Assembly (NCBI GenBank): GCA_037443035.1
Contig: JBBIPC010000030.1
Location: 1-26,634 of the forward strand
DNA from: Chthonomonadales bacterium
GTDB taxonomy: Bacteria > Armatimonadota > Chthonomonadetes > Chthonomonadales > CAJBBX01
Length of the DNA stretch: 26,634 nucleotides
Direction of reading: 5' to 3'
In this document: piece after piece, positions 1-8,271 of the stretch
Numbering within the stretch: the first letter of the stretch is position 1
Layout of the letters: each line of letters starts with the position of its first letter
The notes under the pieces: generated by a model
The model's database searches: none
What the model saw: the letters and a program-made list of their open reading frames with translations, nothing else
What the model was told of the DNA's origin: nothing
Position numbers and translations under genes: made by a program

Positions 1-11
1 CGCCGGGACCG

Positions 12-190
12 CTTCGCGAGAAACGACGGCTACAGGTCTTGCGCCGCAAGAAGCGACGGCTACACGCTGCGTGGATACGGGGCATGGAACGTCGCAAGAA
101 GCGACGGCTACACGCTGCGCGTCCGCGTCCGGGAGGTAGTGTCCCGATGCGTTACGGCGGAAGGCCGTGTAGCCGCAGGTTCTTCCTGCG
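12..190. repeat. Cluster of four GTAG-family REP-like palindromes: copies at 12-34, 42-64 and 90-112 on -, and 168-190 on +
   Basis: Each copy reads TGTAGC + 6-bp stem + TTCTT/TTCTC loop + stem, e.g. TGTAGC CGTCGC TTCTT GCGACG and TGTAGC CGCAGG TTCTT CCTGCG. The copies are extragenic. Confidence 0.85.
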
Positions 191-334
191 CCAACGTCAC
201 GCATCACACACACGCTCGTGGCAAGAAGCTGGGCGAATACACTGCAAGCCGTGGAGAGATGAACAACAAGGCTAATAGAGGGCCCCTCGGGCAGAGGAAC
301 GCGCTACCCGCGGGTGCAAGGGTTCAAGAGAGCT

Positions 335-412
335 TGGCGGGGATGACGAGACTTGAACTCGCGACCTCCTGCGTGACAGGCAGGCGCTCTAACCGGACTG
401 AGCTACACCCCC
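335..412 (-). tRNA. tRNA-Asp(GTC)
   Basis: Reverse complement is GGGGGTGTAGCTCAGTCCGGTTAGAGCGCCTGCCTGTCACGCAGGAGGTCGCGAGTTCAAGTCTCGTCATCCCCGCCA. It folds as a cloverleaf with anticodon GTC, G73 and encoded CCA. Confidence 0.97.
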
Positions 413-465
413 GCGCTGAGTCGCCGCAATATCTCCCGGCGGCTCCTGTGGCCTCACATGTTGGT

Positions 466-495
466 ACATTACCCCCGAACAACGCTGCATGTCAA
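466..495 (-). promoter_or_regulatory. Putative sigma70 promoter for tRNA-Asp
   Basis: TTGACA-N18-TAATGT on the minus strand, about 55 nt upstream of the tRNA. Confidence 0.5.
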
Positions 496-561
496 CATCG
501 GCGACGGGCCGAGCTCCAGCATACAGGTGCTGGCACATTACGAGCCTCTCGCTGACCTCCA

Positions 562-2109
562 TCATGTCTCGTCGGTGCTGTCCGTGCCGGCAGGTAGGTA
601 CGAGAAGAGATCGGCGTTGCGCAGGTGAAAGCGGATGCGCACGTAGGGTAGCTCTGTCGCGGGCGGCAGGCGGTCCAGTCGCCATCGGAGAGGATGTGCC
701 GTAGCGTCGCCGCGGAACGTCAGGCCATCACGGGCCGAGAAACCGGGGAGTACCGTGCCATTCGGGCCGAGCAGCTCAGCCTGGACGTAGCCATCAGCGG
801 CTGTATGGGCATTGATGGTGACCTCAGGCCGCTCCAGCCGCTCTCGCCGTGTGACAAGCCAACCGCCAGTCCCTCCTGCACGCATGGAGCAGAAGCCGTC
901 CAAGCGGAGGGTTGCTAGCCCGATGGCCGCTTGGTCGCGAGGCTCGTCATGCGGCTTGAGGCAGCCTCCATAGTAGAAGTACAGCTCGTTACCTCTCAGT
1001 ACGGGCGCACGAACGGTGTAGACCATGGCCGCATCGAACTCGCCAGCATCTCCGCGCGGAATGAACGATCCGCGCTGAGGAGGGCGAGTCCAGTTCACGA
1101 GGTCCCAGCTCCATGTTAGTTGGGTGTCTACGGTGCGCGGAGAGTCGGCTTGGGCTTCGAGCATGGCTTCGGGGCTGTAGCGCCCCAGTTTGATGTAGCG
1201 CGCGTGGTAGATCCACGCCAGGCCGATGTACAGCCCCTGGTACGGAAAGACGGGCATCCCGTAGACTTGGGTGGCGTCGGGGTCCAGGTCGTCGGCCACG
1301 AACACGGGCCCGTCCCAGGGCTTGGTCCAGTTTTCGCCGTCGCTGGACCAAGCGACGCCGACGGCCCGTCCCCGCCGGCTGTGCGTCTTCCACGTCGCTG
1401 CGAACCGGTTCTTCAGCGTGTCCCTGAAGAAGTTCACTACGTCCGAGGAAGGGAATAGCCCCCTCCCCGGAGGTGTGGTCGGGTAGCGCCACCGGAGGCC
1501 GTCCGGTGAGTATGCAGCGCGCGGTCCGATGCCGTAGTCGTACCCGAACATCACATAGCGTCGGGATGGGTCGGGCTCCCATGGACAGCGGATGACGCTG
1601 GGGTTATGGCAAAGACCGCCTGTCACCTGAGGGGCCGCAGCGGAGACGACGAGGTTGTTACCGGACATCCCCGGATACGGGATGAGGTTCAGCGCTGGCT
1701 TTGTCCATTGAATGCCGTCGGGGGACTCGGCATAGCCGATATGCTGGCCCTCATGGATGATCTGATACCACATCCGGAGCCGACCGCCGTCTTGCATGAC
1801 CGTGCCATAGACGTACGGACCCGCCACGGCATCGCCCCTCTCCCACGGTCGGTCACAGCGCAGGACGGGATTGGCAGCATGCTTGCGCGCCTGATGAAAG
1901 ACGCGTTCGAGCCCATGCTGCTCCTCGACAACTGTGGCGTCCAAGAACAGCCGCCGCCAACGGCCCTGCTGGGGCGAGGCATACTCACCCTCTGGCGACG
2001 AGGCATCCTCCGATGCAGCAGGCGGCCCTGCGGTAAGCCACGGTCCAGACGCTACCTGAGGCGTCACCATTGCACCAAGACCATGTCGTAGAAAGGACCG
2101 GCGGTCCAT
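562..2109 (-). CDS. Tat-exported five-bladed beta-propeller glycoside-hydrolase-like protein (GH32/43/130-like clan), substrate unknown
   Basis: Start reassigned to the ATG at 2109 (MDRRSFLR twin-arginine motif, GAGGAG RBS). Contains NPVL, repeated Asp-box-like S-x-DG-x-x-W motifs, ELYFYYGG and IGLATLRLDGF, followed by a C-terminal beta-sandwich. Confidence 0.75.
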   Translation of the reverse strand: MDRRSFLRHGLGAMVTPQVASGPWLTAGPPAASEDASSPEGEYASPQQGRWRRLFLDATVVEEQHGLERVFHQARKHAANPVLRCDRPWERGDAVAGPYVYGTVMQDGGRLRMWYQIIHEGQHIGYAESPDGIQWTKPALNLIPYPGMSGNNLVVSAAAPQVTGGLCHNPSVIRCPWEPDPSRRYVMFGYDYGIGPRAAYSPDGLRWRYPTTPPGRGLFPSSDVVNFFRDTLKNRFAATWKTHSRRGRAVGVAWSSDGENWTKPWDGPVFVADDLDPDATQVYGMPVFPYQGLYIGLAWIYHARYIKLGRYSPEAMLEAQADSPRTVDTQLTWSWDLVNWTRPPQRGSFIPRGDAGEFDAAMVYTVRAPVLRGNELYFYYGGCLKPHDEPRDQAAIGLATLRLDGFCSMRAGGTGGWLVTRRERLERPEVTINAHTAADGYVQAELLGPNGTVLPGFSARDGLTFRGDATAHPLRWRLDRLPPATELPYVRIRFHLRNADLFSYLPAGTDSTDET

Positions 2110-2430
2110 GGCTCCTCGACCCCCTTTCGACGTAATATTCTTGGGTGCCAACCAGCATGTCCGCCCCAGGCAAGCAGTTGGAGAACGAACCGTTCAGCGA
2201 ACCCTCGTGTACGAGCCGATGGAGCCTGGCGCGTGCGCAGGCTGGCATCTGGCTGCACTCCGCAAGCACTCTCCGCAAAGAGACGGCGTTCTCAGCCGTC
2301 GGTCTTCGCGCAGGGTCCTATGACGTATCCTTCTACTGGTATACCGTACGTCAACACGCAATGTGCTCCTCGCGAGATCTCATGACGAACCGAGATAAGA
2401 GGCTTAAGTATTACAAGTGAGAGAGACACC

Positions 2431-4437
2431 TTGACACAACTGCGCATGGACACCTACACCTTGCCGGCAGCCGATATCGGGTCCGAAAACCCGCTGCCCA
2501 TGTTCCGAGGGACCGAGGACTACAGCGCGATCGCCCTGGACCCCAACGTACCCGAAGAAGACCGCCGTTTCATGGGATGGCAGACGGGCTGGCGCGTTCT
2601 CCCTCATCGGCTGCAGGACGACTACAGTCGGCGAAGGGCTGTTCGGGGGCTCGATTGCATCATCCTAGAGAACGAGCACCTCAGGGCCACGTTCCTGCCG
2701 GGCGTTGGCGGGAAGCTGGCATCTCTTTTCGATAAGCCGACCGAGAGGGAGCTGCTGCACCGAAACCCTGTGTTTCAGCCGGCCAACCTGGCGTTGCGAA
2801 ATGCGTGGACGAGCGGTGGCATCGAATGGAATGCCGGTCAGCCGGGTCATCATTACCTGACCTGCGCACCTGTTTTCGCTGCCTGCGTGCTGGGACCCGA
2901 TGGATCGCCATGCCTGCGCTTGTACGAATGGGACCGGGTCAAGGGCTTCGCATGGCAGATAGATGCCTGGCTGCCTCACGACTCACCGTTTCTATTCGCC
3001 CGCGTGCGTGTAGTGAACCCGCACCCCTGGGACATCCCTATGTACTGGTGGACCAACATCGCAGTTGACGAACGAGAGGATGTTCGCGTGGTCGTGCCAG
3101 CCGAGACGGCTCTGTGCAACCCCTACTCGACAGCCATGATGGTTGTGGACTTGCCGAAGGTGGGCTCGCGGGACCTGACGTACAGCACCCAATCGCCTCA
3201 TGCCGCCGATTTCTTCTCTCGCATTCCCGACCATCGCCGCAAGTGGATCGCAGCCCTGGATGGAGACGGCTCAGGCTTGTTCGAAACCTCGACTGCCCGG
3301 CTTCGAGGCCGGAAGCTCTTCTGCTGGGGCATGGGACCCGGCGGCCGCCGATGGCAGGAGTTCTTGGCTGCACCCGGACATGCGTACATCGAAATCCAGG
3401 CGGGTCTCGCTAGAACGCAGATGGAATGCGTTCCCATGCCGGCATCCTCCGAGTGGACTTGGACGGAGGCCTTCGGGCATTTACAAGCAGACCACGGCCG
3501 AGTCCATTCCGACGACTGGGCAACAGCATGGACCGAGGTTGGACGATGTATAGACGAGGCGCTCCCAGTGAGCTCTCTGGAGGTAGTGGACGCCGCTCTC
3601 GCTCGCGCCGCCTCTTCTCCGCCGACCGGGATTCTGTACCGTGGCTCTGGTTGGGGCGCCCTGGAGCGTCTCCGAATGAAGCTCTGCAAGGAACACGATA
3701 ATGTGCCAGCGGAGCTGGTTTTCCCGTCTGAGTCTATGGGTATCGAGCAGGAGCCATGGGTCACTTTGCTACATGAGGGCTACTTGCCGGAACGTGCGTC
3801 AGCCGACGGTCCGGGAGCCTTGATGACCCAGCCGGATTGGGAACCACATCTGCAGCGGAGCCTACGAAGCCCACGAGGAGATCACTGGCTGACATGGTGG
3901 CACTTGGGGAACCTTCGCATGGAGGCACGCGACGTATCTGGCGCGGAAGAAGCGTGGCGTGCATCGCTCGAGCGGTGCCGGACCGGCTGGGCGCTGCGAA
4001 ACCTGGCGATCGTAGCCGAGAGGCGCGGGCAGACTAGACTTGGCATGGAGTTGCGCCGCCAAGCATGGGAGGCTGGTCCTCGGATTGCACCCATCGCGAT
4101 CGAGCATGCGAATGCCCTCATCTCCCTGAAGGCATACTCCGCCGCCCTAGCGTTCCTGCATAGTCTACCGATGGAGCTGCGCTCCCACGAGCGGCTACTC
4201 CTCGTGTGGGCGAGGGCAGCACTGGAGACGGGGCATCTCGAAGGGATCGAGCGCATCTTCGAGCACGAGTTCGCGTCCATTCGCGAGGGGGAAATCACCC
4301 TGTCGGATCTGTGGTTCACGTACCATGAGCGTCGCATTGCAGCGGCCGAAGGAGTGCCAGTGGACGACAAGCTGCGAGAGCGTGTGCGTTTGCAGTATCC
4401 GCCGCCACGGCACATGGACTTCAGGATGGCGACGTAG
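2431..4437 (+). CDS. DUF5107-domain protein with C-terminal TPR-like repeats
   Basis: Motifs LENEHLRATFLPGVGGKLASL, NPVFQPANLALRNAWTSGGIEWN and YIEIQAG, followed by a helical TPR-like C-terminus. The start is TTG 2431 or ATG 2446. Confidence 0.8.
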   Translation: MTQLRMDTYTLPAADIGSENPLPMFRGTEDYSAIALDPNVPEEDRRFMGWQTGWRVLPHRLQDDYSRRRAVRGLDCIILENEHLRATFLPGVGGKLASLFDKPTERELLHRNPVFQPANLALRNAWTSGGIEWNAGQPGHHYLTCAPVFAACVLGPDGSPCLRLYEWDRVKGFAWQIDAWLPHDSPFLFARVRVVNPHPWDIPMYWWTNIAVDEREDVRVVVPAETALCNPYSTAMMVVDLPKVGSRDLTYSTQSPHAADFFSRIPDHRRKWIAALDGDGSGLFETSTARLRGRKLFCWGMGPGGRRWQEFLAAPGHAYIEIQAGLARTQMECVPMPASSEWTWTEAFGHLQADHGRVHSDDWATAWTEVGRCIDEALPVSSLEVVDAALARAASSPPTGILYRGSGWGALERLRMKLCKEHDNVPAELVFPSESMGIEQEPWVTLLHEGYLPERASADGPGALMTQPDWEPHLQRSLRSPRGDHWLTWWHLGNLRMEARDVSGAEEAWRASLERCRTGWALRNLAIVAERRGQTRLGMELRRQAWEAGPRIAPIAIEHANALISLKAYSAALAFLHSLPMELRSHERLLLVWARAALETGHLEGIERIFEHEFASIREGEITLSDLWFTYHERRIAAAEGVPVDDKLRERVRLQYPPPRHMDFRMAT

Positions 4438-4514
4438 TCCCGCACGCGTCGTCCGCTAGGCTCTGCTCTGAACTGGCGGAGCCAGTGCGTGCGAACGCTG
4501 CGTCAAACGAGGAA

Positions 4515-4545
4515 AGGCCGCCCGATTGGAGCAATCGGACGGCCT
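4515..4545 (-). terminator. Hairpin terminator downstream of tRNA-fMet, which is convergent with the DUF5107 gene
   Basis: On the minus strand AGGCCGTCCGATTG-CTC-CAATCGGGCGGCCT is followed by TTCCTCGTTT. Confidence 0.65.
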
Positions 4546-4548
4546 CAC

Positions 4549-4627
<79 letters not shown>

Positions 4628-4636
4628 GCTGTTTGC

Positions 4637-4664
4637 ATTATACCATACGCGTCACGCAAGTCAA
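4637..4664 (-). promoter_or_regulatory. Near-consensus sigma70 promoter of tRNA-fMet
   Basis: TTGACT-N16-TATAAT with an extended -10 TGn, 11 nt upstream of the mature tRNA 5' end. Confidence 0.8.
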
Positions 4665-4747
4665 GAGTTGCTGGGACACGACAGTATTCGCAGGATTGCA
4701 GCACTCGGAGAGAGAACCGTATCTCGTATGATGAGGGAGGTGCGAGT

Positions 4748-6058
4748 TTGGACAAGCTAACGAGACGCGAGATACTAGGCAAGTCGGCGCAGGTCAGCGG
4801 TCTGATGATGGCGACATCCATTCTCCCGCAAAGAGTGTTTGGCGCCAACGACCGAATCCGTGTCGGGCTCATTGGTTGCGGAGGCATGGGCAGGGGTGAT
4901 CTCAGCACGTTCCTGGCCAACACTGAAGTGGACTGCCCCATCGTATGCGACGTGGATGACAGGCAGGCTGGACGAGCCCAAATACTGGTGGAAGAGACAC
5001 GTGGCAACAAGCCGGATACGGTACGGGACTTTCGGCGGGTACTGGAGCGAAAGGACGTAGACGCCGTGATCGTGGCAACTCCTGACCACTGGCACGCCCT
5101 CCCTACTGTGATGGCGTGCCAGGCGGGCAAAGATGTCTATGTCGAGAAGCCCTTGGCAACGAGCATCGTCGAGGGACGCGCCATGGTCGAGGCTGCCAGG
5201 CGGCATGCCAGGGTCGTTCAGATGGGCACTCAGTGGCGAAGCCACCGGAGTATCGGCGACGCGGTGGAGTTCGTGCGTTCCGGCAAACTCGGCAAGATTC
5301 GGTTCGTCCGCTGCTGGGCGTACCATGATTGGCTGGGTGACATCGGCAATCCACCGGATGGGCCTCCGCCCGAGGGTGTGGACTATGACATGTGGCTTGG
5401 TCCAGCTCCCAAGCGGCCGTTCAACCCCAACCGGTTCCACTTCAACTTCCGATGGTTCTGGGATTACGCGGGCGGCCTCATGACCGACTGGGGAGTGCAC
5501 CTGATCAATGTCGTCCTCTGGGCCATGGGTACAACACCCCCGAAGACAGTCAGTAGTTCTGGCGGCAAGTACGTCCTCAATGACAACTCCGAAACGCCGG
5601 ACACGCAGATCGCGGTGTTCGACTTCCCCAACTATGCATTGATCTGGGAGCACCAAGTCCAGTGTGGTGTGGGCATGAACAACCGTCCATGGGGAATCTG
5701 GTTCAGCGGCACCGAAGGCACCCTCATCTTGACGGACAGCAATTGGGAAGTCATCTCAGAACCGAAGAAGCAGACACTCACCTCGTTCCAGCGGCCCGGC
5801 AGCGGCGATGCACGACCGGCACACGTGCGGAACTTCCTGGACTGCATGCGCTCCAGGCAGCAACCCGTCGAGAATGTCGAGCTCGGCCATTTCGTCTCCA
5901 GTGTCGCTCATCTGGGCAATATCGCTCTCCGTTCGAACGTCAAGGTTCACTGGGATCCCGTCAACGAGCGAGTGACCAATAGCCGCGAGGCCGATCGACT
6001 CGTGGGTGTGCGTTACAGAAGGCCGTGGACACTGCCCTACGCGAAACGGGCAGTCTAG
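4748..6058 (+). CDS. Tat-exported Gfo/Idh/MocA-family NAD(P)-dependent oxidoreductase
   Basis: TTG start at 4748 after the GGGAGGT RBS; the longer ORF from 4589 overlaps the tRNA. Contains LTRREIL, the IGCGGMG Rossmann motif, ATPDHWH, YVEKP, and GGLMTDWGVH. Confidence 0.93.
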   Translation: MDKLTRREILGKSAQVSGLMMATSILPQRVFGANDRIRVGLIGCGGMGRGDLSTFLANTEVDCPIVCDVDDRQAGRAQILVEETRGNKPDTVRDFRRVLERKDVDAVIVATPDHWHALPTVMACQAGKDVYVEKPLATSIVEGRAMVEAARRHARVVQMGTQWRSHRSIGDAVEFVRSGKLGKIRFVRCWAYHDWLGDIGNPPDGPPPEGVDYDMWLGPAPKRPFNPNRFHFNFRWFWDYAGGLMTDWGVHLINVVLWAMGTTPPKTVSSSGGKYVLNDNSETPDTQIAVFDFPNYALIWEHQVQCGVGMNNRPWGIWFSGTEGTLILTDSNWEVISEPKKQTLTSFQRPGSGDARPAHVRNFLDCMRSRQQPVENVELGHFVSSVAHLGNIALRSNVKVHWDPVNERVTNSREADRLVGVRYRRPWTLPYAKRAV

Positions 6059-6071
6059 ACCGTCGAATCTG

Positions 6072-6104
6072 CGGACGGGACCGGAGGGAGCGCGGTCCCG
6101 TCCG
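6072..6104. terminator. GC-rich 12-bp hairpin between convergent genes
   Basis: CGGACGGGACCG-N9-CGGTCCCGTCCG with no U-tract. Confidence 0.45.
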
Positions 6105-6119
6105 TCCTGTGCGCCAGTG

Positions 6120-7211
6120 CTATCGAGCGATCAGCACTCTGCGCGCTGTAAGCGTCGAGGCGGTTGCATCCCACGTCCCGAGAACGTCCACCAGAGCATC
6201 CACCCTCACGTCGTCGAATGTTGCTGATGCGCGTGGAATGGACCCGAAGACGGTGCTGTCGGTCGTCAAGACCTTCACGCGGAACGCACCAGGCCGCATC
6301 CCCATGAGCGCTATCTGAGGCTCGACAACGAAGGACTTCTCCGAAGCGTCCACGGACAGCACCTTGCCGCGAATGTGCGCCGGCATGAGATCGGGACGTG
6401 GCGGGGATACGTCCAGTACCACTATCACAGTCGCGGTGACCACCCTCGTCGCTGCATCCCACGGCCCGAAGACGAACACACGCTGACCTTCGGCGAGATT
6501 GACTTCGGCTCCGGAAGAGGCGCTAACCACAGTGGTCGCGTCTGTGAGTGCCACGCGCGCGATCCTGCCGTTCGGTAGGCGAAGGTCGAAACCGGTGCCT
6601 GGGCTGAGGTTCGTTACGGTGCCCACGAGCCGGCCCCGGCGGAGTCTCGCACCCAGTTGCGTGCGGTCGCCCTCGCGAACACGAGCCTGGAGACCGTTGC
6701 CCATCATCTGGAATGACGACAGATCGAAGTCCACCGCCAGATCAGCTGTCCCATTCTCCGCGATGGTGACGTTGACCGGGAATTCCGCCGTGCACCTGCC
6801 ACCCGAAGCTGCGGCGAAGCCATTGCCAGCTCCAAGATGCAGCGGCACGTCTGCTACCGCGCCGTCGGTCCCGCCGAGACGCATCGCATTGCGGAGCGTC
6901 ACACGTGCTCGCGTATACGCGCCTGGCGACACGGATGCAGTTCCGAGAAACTCCGCGTTCGTCGCGAGGTCTGGGAGATTCAGCTCCAACCCGTCCGAAG
7001 CATCGTACACGGTCTGCCAAGTGCCTGCGGCTGGCGCAATCTCGATACGGTAGATGGTGGCCCAAACCTGGGGGTAGCCGTCCCCGAACGCATCGGTAAC
7101 GTAGAGGTCGAGATCCCCATTGGATCCTCCTCCACCACCTCCGCAGCCCGCCAGCCAGACGCTACCGAATGTTGCCGCAATGGCGGCAAGACGTCGTACA
7201 GATCCGCTCAT
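6120..7211 (-). CDS. Lipoprotein with a DUF4382-like domain and two DUF5666-like (OB-fold) domains
   Basis: Lipobox LAGC followed by a Gly linker. Contains LYVTDA...VDFDL, then two GxV...T.D.T...G..V.V.G.WDA...TA repeats. AGGAGG RBS. Confidence 0.8.
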   Translation of the reverse strand: MSGSVRRLAAIAATFGSVWLAGCGGGGGGSNGDLDLYVTDAFGDGYPQVWATIYRIEIAPAAGTWQTVYDASDGLELNLPDLATNAEFLGTASVSPGAYTRARVTLRNAMRLGGTDGAVADVPLHLGAGNGFAAASGGRCTAEFPVNVTIAENGTADLAVDFDLSSFQMMGNGLQARVREGDRTQLGARLRRGRLVGTVTNLSPGTGFDLRLPNGRIARVALTDATTVVSASSGAEVNLAEGQRVFVFGPWDAATRVVTATVIVVLDVSPPRPDLMPAHIRGKVLSVDASEKSFVVEPQIALMGMRPGAFRVKVLTTDSTVFGSIPRASATFDDVRVDALVDVLGTWDATASTLTARRVLIAR

Positions 7212-7410
7212 CCGAGCGTTCCTCCTATGGCAGGGTGACTATCCAAAGAGCTCTCCGTCGCGCGGTGCTCATCTCTAGGACGACGGGAAGTCTCTCAGGT
7301 TCCTAGACGACGTGCATGCGAAATTGTTCAGGCCCGAAAGGACCGGAAGGAAGAGGTCTGCTCCTGGTCGTATAGCCTTTAGTGAACGCTCATCCTTCTA
7401 GGAGGCCGCC

Positions 7411-8262
7411 ATGCGTATCAGTCGCGCAGTGATTACCGCCGCAGGTCCGACGCAAAGGCATTTGCCGCTCCAGACGCTGGTGGACCAAGACGGGCAAGCG
7501 CGAACGTTGCTACGCATCATCGTAGGCAGCGCGCTCGCCACTGGTATCGAGGAGGTCTGTGTGGTGGTGTGCCCAGGCGACGAGCGACCGTACTCACAGG
7601 CGCTGGGTCCGCTCGCGTCCCGCGTGACCTTTGTGGAGCAGTCAGAACCACGGGGGTACGGCGACGCGATCCTCAGAGCTCGCGATTTCGTCGCCGGTGA
7701 GCCATTTCTGCACCTCATCGGCGACCACGTCTTTGTCAGTACGAGTGACCGCAGCTGCGCGGAGCAGCTTATCACAACCGCCATCGAGAACGAGTGTGCA
7801 GTATCCGCGGTCGTGGCTACACGCGAAAGCCTCTTGCCCTACTTCGGAGCAGTCGGCGGACGTCGGATCCCCGGTTCGTCGGACCTCTTTGTGATCGATC
7901 GGGTCATCGAGAAGCCCACGCCGACACAAGCGGAACAGGACCTCGTCGTGCCGGGCCTGCGCGCCGGGCACTATCTTTGTTTCTCGGGTCTTCACGTTCT
8001 CACGCCGACGGTCATGGAGATCCTCGCCAGGCATGCTGCCGAACTCCCCACGAACGGAAGACTAGAGCTCAGCCCTGCATTGGACGAACTGGCGCGGTGC
8101 GAGAAGTACCTGGCCCTGGATGTGCGAGGACTGCGCTACGCAGTAGATACGAAGTACGGCCTTCTTACTGCCCAGCTTGGTCTGGCCCTGCATGGCGCAG
8201 ATCGCAGCGAGGTCCTTGCATTGCTTTGCCAGATGCTGGCAGAGACCGCGCAGTACAGGTAG
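7411..8262 (+). CDS. GalU/NTP-transferase-like sugar-phosphate nucleotidyltransferase homologue with a degenerate N-terminal motif
   Basis: AGGAGG RBS. Contains AVITAAG, QSEPRGYGDAIL, EPFLHLIGDH and VIEKP. Confidence 0.8.
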   Translation: MRISRAVITAAGPTQRHLPLQTLVDQDGQARTLLRIIVGSALATGIEEVCVVVCPGDERPYSQALGPLASRVTFVEQSEPRGYGDAILRARDFVAGEPFLHLIGDHVFVSTSDRSCAEQLITTAIENECAVSAVVATRESLLPYFGAVGGRRIPGSSDLFVIDRVIEKPTPTQAEQDLVVPGLRAGHYLCFSGLHVLTPTVMEILARHAAELPTNGRLELSPALDELARCEKYLALDVRGLRYAVDTKYGLLTAQLGLALHGADRSEVLALLCQMLAETAQYR

Positions 8263-8271
8263 GCGACAGTC

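Noticed and set aside
12..190. CRISPR array
   Set aside because: The spacing is irregular (7- and 25-nt gaps), one copy is inverted, the stems vary and there are no cas genes. A REP family fits better.
39..555. Short ORFs 39-275 and 139-555
   Set aside because: They are translations of the REP repeats and the antisense strand of tRNA-Asp.
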